This document shows positions 42,650-53,983 of a stretch of 64,000 bases of DNA, one piece after another (position 1 is the first letter of the stretch; the number at the start of each line of letters is the position of its first letter). Position numbers and translations under genes: made by a program. The notes beneath the pieces were generated by a model, which had not been told where the DNA came from, did no database searches, and was given only the letters and a program-made list of their open reading frames with translations. The DNA lies in NCBI GenBank assembly GCA_964016885.1, contig OZ024740.1, positions 382,354,001 to 382,418,000 of the forward strand, in the 5' to 3' direction. The stretch is from Eledone cirrhosa (lineage: Eukaryota).

Positions 42650-44531
42650 ACACCAACCTTGTAGGGGACTGTTCCACCCTTAGGATACCTATCTATCTGG
42701 GTTAGGGGTTGTGGGGGGAGGGGCAGCTATAGTCTAGGTGGGGATTGCGTGATATATGTTACGTCTATGTGCTAGGTTTAAAATAGAAGAAGGAACTTAG
42801 GATTTGGGGTCGGCAAGAGGAGAAAATTTCCGATTTCCTATTAAGCAGGTTCAGTTTAGAGTGTATTATGGCATGGCATTCCAGTAAACACAGGTCACAA
42901 CTCCCGCTCTGCGGTCGGTATGGCGTGGATCTAGTAAGCTTCCTCCAAAAAAGTTTGTATGGGGTACTATTATTTTTTAAAAAGGAGATGTATACCGCCA
43001 GTGAGGTGGCATTCTTATGTCTATCGTGTCTAAATGTGTACATATGCGCGTTAAATCTAGTTTTAAATGTATTGGACGTTGCCCCTATATATGTTTTGGT
43101 AGAGTTGTGTGTGGTTACGTCACATGCCTATACGATGTTTTTCATGAGGCAATCCCCCCTTAGGGACAATTACTACTCCGCCTACAATTGCAACTGCGGG
43201 TTCGATTAGTTAGCGTACCCCCCGAACTTTGGTTACTAGCATTATCACTAGGTGCCTCTATATCATTAGATGGCTCATTGATGCTATTATGTTGCCCATT
43301 TTCCAGTGTAGTCGGTTGCTGGTGGTTAACTGCCATTTTAATTGCTTCGAAACCTTCCCTAGTTTTCCTAATGTTCGTGCGTGCTGGGTGTGATGCGAGG
43401 TTAGGTGTGGTCGAATAGGATAATTTAATTATGTTTTTGTTAATTATGTTGCGATATCTATTGCCTGGTGGGAATTTTTTTTCTAATAATGAGAAGAATA
43501 CTCTGGGGAGGTTAGTGAGGACCTCAGAGTTAAAAGGTGGGTTAAAATACATGTTTTTCCTTCTTCTATTTTTCTTATCTGTGGGGTGAGTCTCGCTACT
43601 GTGCGTACTATTTTGTAGGGTTCTGTTATTAACGTTAGTGGCGTTGTCTGTTTTGCTTAAGCCCGGATGGTTTATATTCATGGCGTGATCATTTGCTGTT
43701 TTAGAGTTGTGGTGAGGGACTCTAGTATTGTCTTTACGTGGTTTACATTTAGTTGGGTTACCGCCATTAGGGTTCGTACTATTATTCTTGCCTCTAAGTT
43801 GGTTAGGATTTGTGGCCATACTATGTGTGATTATGTTGGTAGGTTTCACACTCATGGTTTGGGAGTCCTTATGTATATATGATAATCTACTCCCGTAACC
43901 AGATTCTGCTAGGCCCTTGTCATAATACTCTGCATTGGAGTTGAAGATACTCTCATTACAGGACAGTCTGCTAATTCTATTAGAGACTCCCTTGGGAATA
44001 GCGTTTAGGACTGATTTGGGGGTGGTTGGAGCTGGCGTTTACATATGTTAGTCTATCGTTAGGTTTATGGTAGGGTGCAAATATTTTAGTTTCTAGGTCA
44101 AGGCTGGCGTCTAGGAAGTTTACTGTTTTGTCATTTGCATCTATGGTAATACTTATATTAAAGTTTTTCAAGAACCTACGTAACTGTTTCCTAGTTCTTT
44201 CTATATTGCACTTTTTATACTCGAGAGTGAGGAGGGCGTCATCACGGTATAAGCCGCCGTTCAAGTGCGGTAATGTCTCATGTAACTCCTTTAAGAGGTG
44301 CAATCCTCCCAGGTCCGTTACTTGTGCAGAGTCACTAGATCCCATTGTGATGTCGAAGTTATTGGGCGTATTCTTGCGGGTCCACAATTCATCCTCAAAT
44401 GTGATTATCGTTTTCCGGGCCGCAAGAATGACATCAATTTGAGACTAGTGAGGTCACTTTTCTGCATGGCCATGATTAGGGCCTTATTAAGGAGTATGGG
44501 GGAGATTGAGGTGTAGTACGCATCGATGTCC
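42650..44531 (-). mobile_element. Naiad-type Penelope-like retroelement, 5'-truncated, frameshifted
   Basis: DIDAYYTSI, FDITMGSSDSAQVTDL, GGLYRDDAL, VNFLDASLDL, PYHKPN..YVNASSNHP, YFNPPFN, NKNIIKLSYS, CNCRRSSNCP, YIGATS..FKTR and CDLCLLE (RT + Zn knuckle + GIY-YIG). Confidence 0.9.
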
Positions 44532-44537
44532 CAGAAA

Positions 44538-44610
44538 GAATTCTATAGACTTCTGACTGAGGTATGCTCTCAGAATTCTATAGACTTCTAACTGAGGTAT
44601 GCTCTCAGAA
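44538..44610. repeat. Tandem duplication of a ~35 bp unit at the junction of two PLE fragments
   Basis: gaattctatagacttct(g/a)actgaggtatgctctca present twice. Confidence 0.9.
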
Positions 44611-44914
44611 CTGACCAATGGGAAGTGTGACACTTGTTTTGTTATTTTGTTCTTTTAACACCTTGTCCCTTCTACCACTTTATCAATTTTTTAAGCTAAA
44701 TCCAACAATAACAACACTTAGAATGAGGAATGTTCTAATAACTGACCAATGAGAGGAGAAGAGGCCCTTTGACACTGAAATTCGTTTGTCTGAATTCATA
44801 TTATTCCAGTTCCTCAGTGAAATAAGAACCCAACCAGGAACTGGTCATATCAGAGTATTGACAAAATTATACACCTCAACAACATATGTACTTGCCTATA
44901 CCACACTAATTCAG

Positions 44915-44969
44915 ACTGCCTGAAGAGGTCACAGCCAAAGATGGCTGTCACTGAAATATATATAGCAGT
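44915..44969 (+). ncRNA. Type I hammerhead ribozyme at the 3' end of a pLTR-like fragment (44535-45020)
   Basis: actgc CTGAAGA ggt-c-acagcca-aaga-tggctgt-c-act GAAA tatata TA gcagt, followed immediately by AATAAA and then (TA)n. Confidence 0.82.
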
Positions 44970-45014
44970 AATAAACGAAGCTAAATTTTAAACATTTGAC
45001 TTTTTAATTAACTT

Positions 45015-45057
<43 letters not shown>

Positions 45058-45058
<1 letters not shown>

Positions 45059-47078
45059 AAGATGAATATAAAATGAAAGTGCTTTTATAAAGGAATTTAT
45101 TAGGTATTGACAAATGTTTCTGTAGCAGACGGAATACCTATGTATCGCTGCTTGCGTAATCATATAATGTTAGCAAGTATTCGATAGCAAATGTATAATC
45201 AGTTGTCACTTCTTCAGAGATATTGGATAAATTGGAAAAAATCAGAAAAATTGAAGTATTTATATTAGTTGTAAGAAAGGAAGAAGAGAGGGGATAGTAT
45301 ATGACAGATGGCAATTCAATTTACTGGTCAACAAGTATATAGAAGGTTTCTAATGAGAATACAATGAGTATATGGCTTATTTTATCTAAATAAGAATTTT
45401 TAGGGAGTGCCTATTTTAATCTATACTTGACCAATTGAACAATGGACAGAGCTGGTCGTTTGGTGTAGTAGTATTAATAGATAAAAGTGTTAATTAAGGA
45501 AGAGGGAGCTTTTCACTGCTACTGTATAACAACAATGCTGGTAGCCTGCTGGTATATGCATTAGGGAATTGAATTAAGAAATCTCATTTTATACATAGCA
45601 GTATATATTAAATGGTAAAGAATAGAAGAGTTGATAGAATTAATATGTAATTTGACAATCAAACGGAGATGCAGACAGGCGTTCAATCCTGGTAGCGTTT
45701 GTAGTATGAAAATGTAGATTTCAAGCGATGGTTACAGTATAACGATAGCTCTATTCTGTTATTTAATAAAATATTTTTGGATTTCATAATACAAAATAAT
45801 TCCATATTACACAATTTACAAAATTCCTGTCCTTTGGTATTGCAGGGGTAGACACTATTATATCCCATTTTAGGTTAAATTGTTGGTTATTTTCGCGCAG
45901 CTGCCAAGCCTTGTCTGCGAGTGTTGTTACATAACGCTGGTTTTCATGTTTTATCGAGTAACGATGTCTATAAAGGCGAGATTTGAAGGAGGTAGCTGTA
46001 GACCCCACATAGTACCACTTCTGGCTACCCGATTCGATAGTACATTTGTATATGATGTTGCGTTCAAGACACTGATTGTTCAACGGACACATTCCTGGTT
46101 GGACACAGTTACAGTTATAATTTTGCGTTGTTGTATTGCTATGGATGGGTTGATGAGGTTGCTTAGGCAGGACGGGATGTTGTTTGTTGTTTTGTGATGT
46201 TATAGCCGATGATTTACGTATATTGTTATGCGTTGGAAAGCGTTTATACAACCGTTTTGCGTTAAGATTTTTTATATGTTGTTCAATATTAGGGGCGGTT
46301 GAATATGAAAGTCGAATAGTGTTAGGGTTTAAGATTTTATTATATTTATGTGATGTTGGAAAGTGTTGTTTAACTGATCGAAAGAATTGTGAGGGTATAT
46401 TGGTTTTAATAGAGTTGTTATAGACCGGGTTGTGCCATATATACTCTTTACATCGCCTTCTGTTTGGTGGTGTGCGACTATTAGTGTGTCTACTGCGGTA
46501 GTGTATGTATAGTGGTGATTCTATGCTATTTCTACCTCTATGAGATTTATTTTGGGTGTTTTGGTGATCGTCGACTATATACTCTATATTATCTAGGTGT
46601 CCAGCCTTCCTCAGTGCATCATCATAATATTCGGCATGTTCTTTGAAGGTTTTCTGGTTGGACGACAGGCGGGAGATTCTAAGGTAAATATTTCTAGGGA
46701 TGGATTTAATTATAAAGGGTGGATGGTTAGAACCCGTATTTACATATTTAAGGTTCTCATTTAGTTTATGGAACGGTTTAATCGTTTCAGTATTGAGATT
46801 TAAAGTAACATCAAGGAAATTAACCTCTTTGCGGTTATATTCAAACGTAATATTTAATCCTAGTTCCTTAAAAAGCTTTCTAATATTTTTACGCATCCTT
46901 TCTAAATTCTAGTTATTCATATGCCTAACTAATAGGAGCGCATCGTCACGGTAGATTCCACCGTGGAGATCCTTGAATTTTTCCTTGTAGTTTGTGGGTG
47001 ATATAAATTCCCACAAGATCAGTTACTTCCGCCGAATCATTGGAACCCATAGTTATATCATTATACTCGTTGAGCAAA
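45058..47078 (-). mobile_element. Naiad-type Penelope-like retroelement, 5'-truncated
   Basis: DITMGSNDSAEVTDLVG, GGIYRDDAL, ORF 45784..46896 (VNFLDVTLNL, PFHK..YVNTGSNHPP, CNC..CPLNNQC, IIYKC..YYVGST..FKSRLYRH) and CKLCNME. ~620 bp 3' UTR with a decayed HHR (45105-45222) ends in (TA)n. Confidence 0.9.
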
Positions 47079-47184
47079 CCTACACGTACGCTGTTCATCT
47101 CTAACGTGACGATATATTATCACTACATTATTGATAACTTGAAATTTTTATATATACATATATATATATATATATCTGTATATC

Positions 47185-47258
<74 letters not shown>

Positions 47259-47331
47259 CCTAACTGGACTACATCTATGTGGACTAACTATAATAATAAT
47301 TTGTTATTATATCTCTCTATATATATTTTTT

Positions 47332-47371
<40 letters not shown>

Positions 47372-47601
47372 GTGTGTGTGTGTGGGTGTATGTATCTCTG
47401 TATGTATGTATATCTGTATGTATGAATACAAATAAGAGTAAATGAAATTACAACTGAGAAATAATGGAATTTCCTCGAAGCCAGACAGTTCTATGTTCAG
47501 TCTGTCTCCATGACAAATTGACCATGTGCATATAGCCTATAGATTCTATAGTATAGAATCTACCAAATGACGTCTCAGTGAAGTTCGACGCAGATTGTTC
47601 G

Positions 47602-47661
47602 ACTCGAAATCGATTTGCAGCCATCATATATATATATGATGGCTGCAAATCGATTTCGAGT
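47602..47661. repeat. Perfect ~24 bp inverted repeat around a short (TA)n
   Basis: actcgaaatcgatttgcagccatc atatatatatat gatggctgcaaatcgatttcgagt; a diverged direct copy of the right arm lies at 48276-48325. Confidence 0.9.
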
Positions 47662-47699
47662 AATGGAAGCGCTTGATAATTAAGCGTGGCTTTTTAATC

Positions 47700-48046
47700 C
47701 TGCTAGGGACTTGCATTGAAGGGCCACCCCCATTAGGTGATACGGTGCTGTTTTGGAGCACATTCAAATGACGTTTCATTCCCCCCAAATTTGGCACATC
47801 TTTTCCACACTTTCCGCAAACAGAAGTGCTATACAAATGCACAGTTGACAGCGCCCTGTGTACGTGGCTTCACCGATGACTTACAAGGCCCGTGGTACTA
47901 AGAGAAACCTGGCCATATTTGCATGTCAGAGACTTAAATAAACCAAACTGAATGCGTTTCAAAGCACTTCTTTTGAGATGTTCCTGCTCACATCGCTTTC
48001 TGTCAATCAACTTCTCCCTTCCCATCATTCACTGCCTTCCTTCCGT
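47700..48046 (-). mobile_element. Degenerate RTE-type LINE C-terminus with C2H2-like zinc fingers
   Basis: CKYGQVSLSTTGLVSHR*SH and CGKCGKDVPNLGGMKRHL on the minus strand. Confidence 0.5.
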
Positions 48047-48048
48047 GT

Positions 48049-48106
<58 letters not shown>

Positions 48107-48168
48107 GTATATGTATCCAAGTATACATAACACACGCACGCACACACACACACACCCACACAACCACA

Positions 48169-48275
<107 letters not shown>

Positions 48276-48734
48276 GATGGCCGCAACGCGATTTCGAGTA
48301 ATGCAAGCCCTTGATATTTAAGCAAGAAGAGCACAGACGTGCCATTTAATCTAGATAGTGTATTATCAAAACTAATGTATTTCAATTGTATGTTGACAGT
48401 AATCATGTTGGTAGCATTCTCGCTGTTATTGAATTATTAAGCTGATACATTTCAGATATACTACCTAACTTTCTTGTTCAAAAAGATGGGCGATAAAAAC
48501 AAATAATATCAAATTATTACCCTTAGAACATTCCATCTCCTTAAAATCACAAAAGTAATAAACCAGCTGACGCTTTGACAATGAATATATTTAGACAAAC
48601 ATTAATTACATAGAAACAATTTATAATTATAGATATAATCTACTATTGATATATGACTTGAAGCTATTTCTCTTGAATATTATGTTAATTAGTTTAATGT
48701 ATGATGCTTTCAGAGTTTGGCTTTGAACATTGCT

Positions 48735-48900
48735 ATCATTTCTACGTTTGACACAAAGCCAGCAAAATCCCAGTGCATTATTGGTACTTTATTTTATCGA
48801 CTCCATAAAGATGAAAAGCAAAGTTAACCTGAACGTAAAGGGCCATAACTATATGCTGTAAAGCATGATGTCTGACACTCTACCGATACTGCCAATCCAA
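48735..48900 (-). mobile_element. tRNA-derived SINE (Meta-like), partial
   Basis: ggtactttattttatcgactccataaagatgaaaagcaaagttaacct matches the family at 61785. Confidence 0.7.
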
Positions 48901-49759
48901 TTAGAATAATATTTGATAATACAAAAACTCTTGATCAATAATTAAGTATAATTTCTAAACACAGAGGATCACAATAATTGTGCGAATAATATAGAATTAT
49001 AGTAGCACATCCGAAGGTAACGTGTGTGTTTGTGTGTCGTTGTGTGTCTACATAATGTGATGTTTGATCTAATAAAGGTACATTTAAAAGTAACGGACAA
49101 AATAACCTCTCTCATCGATGAATGTATGATGGAAAACGTACAAAATAAAGTCTCATTTTATTTTAATTTTAGCAGACTGTATTCTCCTTTTGCGAATTAA
49201 AACAAATGTTTGCCCAAGCTATCACACCTCACATTACCTCCATTCCATAATTATTGCCCTTTTCAAATTCCATATTAGTCTATAATCTTCGTATTCAATT
49301 ACAGCTGAATACAACCAGCAGTGAAATCACAGTTGTTGGTCGTAAACTAACACGCCGGACTAAATCATTTCAAAATATAATATGCATACCTTTACGTAAA
49401 TATTCAGGTTAGCAATATAGAGAGTATATATAATAAATTTATATATTGTCATTTATTATGTGGTATTGAAAATGAAGCGTAATCATTTAAATTAACCGAT
49501 ATAGTAGACATAATTACAATATTATTTACCATTCTCACTAATTTGCGTAAATATAATTACATCTCCCAAAAGGCGCCTCATATTCATTCCCTTTCGGGGA
49601 ACATATCTTTGGCTAGGAGGCGTTGATGGGATCAGGCAGTGTCTTCCGTGCAATATGTGTTTCTGCCCTAAAGTGTTTAATCATAAAACCCTCTCTCTAG
49701 TGGGTCAGCAGTAGGGGCTATATTACTGCTCATCCTCACCCGTTGACTTCCAACTTATC

Positions 49760-50600
49760 TCCTCTTTGCTGCTCCAAATCCACTAAGATCCACTTTCTGC
49801 ATCCTTACTCATCATTTCATTCCATCTTCCTGTCATTCCAATGTCAGTCAGCATTCTCCTTACTGAATGAGCCTGGAAGCCTCTGCAGCACCCCTCGATA
49901 TGATATAGTGATGCCTGCCAACCTTTCTACCTAGACTCCTGCACACGTTCATGAATATTGGCTATTTTTTCCTCAAATATTTTGCCGCCCTCCTCTTCCC
50001 ATGGGAGTGTGAGTTCAATCAGGATTATCTTTTTTTTTAATTCTTTCAGACCAAAGTTATACATCTGGCGTCAGGGATCTTTCAAGAACTCGTGCGAACT
50101 GCAAACTTCCTCCCACTTCAGCCTTCATATCCCATGCTTGGTACATTTGTAGTAGACCACATGTTCATCTAACTGTAGTAGATTGCTTCGCTCCCCCATT
50201 TACAAACCTCGTTTCTTGGTCCAGTGTGTTGGCTAGTCCCATGAGCACATTACGTGACGCCATCTATATCTTCCCTTGGGGAAGAGTTGTCTTACACACT
50301 GATAAAATGTGTACCATGTTTCCTTTATTTCCACAAAGTCTACAGCATGCATACTCCCTCATCCACCATATAAACCGATCCCAAGGAGTTTCAGAAAGAT
50401 TCCATCCTCCATAAATCTACCCAGGTAATCTTCCCCTTGGGCAGGTTCAATTTGTTCTAGGATCCCCGGGATACTGGTTCTTAGCCCTTGATTTTCGTTC
50501 CATATCCTTCTGGTGCCACATTTCCTCCTCTATCATGGTTCTCCTCTCCTTTTGTCTTCGTTACCCCATAGTTGGAAATGGGATGTTCCAAGTCCATCTC
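49760..50600 (-). mobile_element. Degenerate HERO-type (R2/NeSL group) retrotransposon 3' region: CCHC knuckle + RLE
   Basis: KITWVDLWRME, CRLCGNKGNMVHILSVC, RYRWRH, PDV*LWS..IILIELTLPWEE, GWQA..IEGCCRGF and AESGS*WIW. Confidence 0.75.
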
Positions 50601-51014
50601 TTCCCATGTATCTTATTGCGGACTAAATAATAAAATATTATATACATACGTTTAGGTAAATATTCAAGCAGCAATATGGAGGTATAGCTCATATGGTAAC
50701 ACATAATAAGTCTTTCTGTTCAACATAGAGATATACCATTATCTCTAATCTAGATTCTATAATAAATAGACGTACAGATTTGTTTTCTATCTGCCTGCAT
50801 AAATTCCATAGGACTTTTCACAAAGTATACAGTTAATATTCAATTCTTTATCAATTTAGAATCTTTTCTCAAAGGCACATATACATACAACTCTTTAAAA
50901 TATACCCATCTTCCTACCTTACTTCAAAGGGCATTATACACTCTATAATACTTGTTTACTCATTACCCTCTTTCTATCTTCACCTTGTAAAATCCTTCAT
51001 AACATATACATTTG

Positions 51015-51720
51015 TTTTTTTGACGTTAGAATATTCATCCGCAATTATTATTATTTTTTCTCTCTATCATAAAACTTTTTAATCTCAATTTCATACTTAA
51101 TTTATTATTTTTTTCTCCCCATCAACGAACTCATTCTTAATACATATTAACTCTTTATTCGCATATATTATCAATTCCTTCAATATACAAACTTTAACTT
51201 CACATTATTTTTCTCAAATCCTTCTACACACAAACCTTAATCATTTTTTCTCTTCGTTAATTTTGAAATTGCCACAATACTTATCAACATACACTTTTTT
51301 TGACGTTAGAATATTCATCCACAATTATTATTTTTTCTCTCTATCTTCATACATAAATTCCCTTCGTTAATTTTCAAATTCCTTTAATTTATACATTATC
51401 TTCCAACGGTTCTCAACCTCTCTATGTAAAACAATATATCTTTTCTCAGTTATAAAAACTATCTCATTCTCTCTATCACCCATCTCTCCCTCTCCACCTT
51501 CACTCTCATCTCCTCCCCTTTCTTCATCCTCCCCCCCCCCCCGAAATAAAATATTTTTTCCTCGCACATATCTTCCCTTCGTTAATTTTCAAATTCTTTT
51601 AATTTATACATTATCTTCCAACGGTTTTCAACCTCTTGTAAAACAATATATCTTCTCTCAGTTATAAAAACTATTTCAGTCTCTCTATCACCCATCACTC
51701 CCTCTCATCTCCTCCCCTTT
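51015..51720 (+). repeat. Internal direct duplications in a pyrimidine-rich PLE-like 3' UTR
   Basis: ttttttgacgttagaatattcatcc at ~51015 and ~51295; cttcgttaattttcaaatt...ctctctatcacccatc at ~51362 and ~51577. Confidence 0.8.
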
Positions 51721-51830
51721 TTTATCCTTTCCACCCCCAATATCACACATCAATCTAAAACCACTTTTCATATGTTGATTTAAAACTGCACTATCCACAA
51801 GTGTTTTTTAGCCTTCATATCATGTTCTCC

Positions 51831-51900
51831 TGTTTTATCTGATGAAAACACAAATATTATTGCATGATGAGTTTGTTTTTGAAATGCGCATAATAAAATA
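51831..51900 (+). ncRNA. Type I hammerhead ribozyme
   Basis: tgttttat CTGATGA aaa-c-acaaat...gtttgt-t-ttt GAAA tgcgca TA ataaaata; 8 bp stem I and palindromic tgcgca; (TA)n ~30 bp downstream. Confidence 0.8.
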
Positions 51901-51930
51901 CATGGAACTCCTTTAACCATCTTTTGATCT

Positions 51931-51992
<62 letters not shown>

Positions 51993-52033
51993 GATATTAA
52001 CAAATGGAAACTATACTTATGAAACCATATTTA

Positions 52034-52094
52034 TTTCATTATACATATTTCAAGGACACCAAGCTAAATTATGGTGTGCTTTCATCAGATAAAA
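52034..52094 (-). ncRNA. Type I hammerhead ribozyme
   Basis: rc: ttttat CTGATGA aag-c-acacca...tggtgt-c-ctt GAAA tatgta TA atgaaa. Confidence 0.78.
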
Positions 52095-52234
52095 TATAAT
52101 ATAGAGCAGTTTTATAAATAGATATTGACATACCCTTAAAGAATACAACCATTACTGTTGGAAGCTTGCAACAGTAATGGTTGCATTCTTGAAGGGTATG
52201 TCAATATTTATTTATAAAACTGTTCTATATTAAA

Positions 52235-52295
52235 TTTTATCTGATGAAAGCACACCATAATTTAACTTGATGTCCTTGAAATATGTATAATGAAA
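52235..52295 (+). ncRNA. Type I hammerhead ribozyme (mirror copy)
   Basis: ttttat CTGATGA aag-c-acacca...tgatgt-c-ctt GAAA tatgta TA atgaaa. Confidence 0.75.
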
Positions 52296-52336
52296 TAAAT
52301 ATGATTTTATAAATATAGTTTCCATTTGTTAATATC

Positions 52337-52413
<77 letters not shown>

Positions 52414-52442
52414 ATATATTATATATATATATTATATATATA

Positions 52443-52491
<49 letters not shown>

Positions 52492-52503
52492 ATATTATAT
52501 ATA

Positions 52504-52590
<87 letters not shown>

Positions 52591-52706
52591 GATATTAACA
52601 AATGGAAACTGTATTTATAAAACCGTATTTATTTCATTATACATATTTCAAGGACACCAAGTTAAAGTTATAGGTTTGTAGATTTGTAAATTTATAGATT
52701 TATAAA

Positions 52707-53582
52707 TCTATATATATAAAACTGTGGTTGTCTGTCTGTCTATCGATTTTTGGCACACATCTCCTCTTAGAATCTCTCACGGAATTGCACCAAAATTGCT
52801 ATACTTGTACATTCAGCCCTAGCGAAGACATCGGAAAAAAAAAATTTCAAATTGACCCACCCTATGTGACGAAATCGAATATAATGTATGGATTTTTGAG
52901 CGTAAGTTATCAGTTATTTCCCTTTGTTCTGTTTACATTGAGCGTCTTACGTAAAAAATTACGCTGGCTTTAACAGTTGTCGAGCCAGCAAAATATTGAC
53001 CTGCACAATTCATCAGTTCGAACACTAAGCTTCCGTTTTGCTTCATTTCCATTTAAAAGCATTTTAAAACAATATTTTTACTTGAAAACAAGTCTATTTA
53101 AAGACTACGTAAACAAGCAAATATTTCGTCGTTAGGCGTGCAGACAGACAGTCGTGCAGACAGACAGTCGTGCAGAGAGGTGATATAGGCGTGCAGACAG
53201 ACAGTCGTGCAGAGAGGTGATATAGGCGTGCAGACAGACAGTCGTGCAGAGAGGTGATATAGGCGTGCAGACAGACATAACTGATAATTTGGTTACGCTA
53301 ATGTTTTTCTCTGCGTTGCAGTGTTTACATTTTCGATCTTTGTTAATAAATAACCAGTGCAGTTTCTATCCCCAGCATCCTCTTTTGTTATAACATTCGG
53401 GTTATCGTTATGTTTTCTTAACTTCATAAGGCATATTGTTGGTTGAGGGAATATTAATCAAAAACACCACATGCAAGTCTGCACAGTAGACACTACAGTT
53501 TTTAAGCCAAGAAAGAAACTTAACATTGTAACTTTAACACAGCTACTGAGCGACCCCGAGCAACGCCGGGCTTTACTGCTAG
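52707..53582 (+). mobile_element. Non-autonomous Helitron
   Basis: 5' TC(tatatatataaaa) after an A; 3' GC-rich hairpin cccgagcaacgccggg followed by CTAG before a T; internal minisatellite; no TSD. Confidence 0.75.
53133..53277. repeat. ~37 bp minisatellite inside the Helitron
   Basis: Unit aggcgtgcagacagacagtcgtgcagagaggtgatat, about 3.5 copies. Confidence 0.92.
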
Positions 53583-53831
53583 TATATAATAAATTGAAGT
53601 GAAAGCAACTGGTGCGTGTGTTTCTTATTGGCAACATAACCTTCCCAAAGTATAACAATATCGGTTTCAACACACGATTTCAGATAAAGAATCTTGCTAA
53701 ACAAATTCAGAAACCTATATATATATTTATACATATATTACTTATTTGCTTCAGTGTACTGCAACCATCTACGAAAAATTGCCGTTAAAGACTTACTTAG
53801 ACGACCGTTAATCTGATTGCAGGACATATTC

Positions 53832-53983
<152 letters not shown>

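Larger units (their letters stand above)
51991..52338. mobile_element. Fold-back element with an HHR on each arm, flanked by (TA)n
   Basis: Centre aag|ctt at 52164/52165; arms differ at about 10 positions. Related to the 37814 and 58962 elements. A partial third arm lies at 52589-52672. Confidence 0.88.

Noticed and set aside
42765-47078. Selenocysteine (UGA) recoding, reported for some Naiad elements
   Set aside because: The zinc-knuckle and GIY-YIG cysteines checked are TGT/TGC. The breaks seen are frameshifts or TAG/TAA stops, and no SECIS was recognised.
51991-52338. A-to-I editing footprint fixed in the palindrome arms
   Set aside because: The ~10 arm differences are mixed G/A and C/T transitions plus two transversions, consistent with ordinary decay.
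53133-53277. CRISPR-like array
   Set aside because: Head-to-tail ~37 bp units with no unique spacers, in a eukaryotic Helitron; no cas genes.
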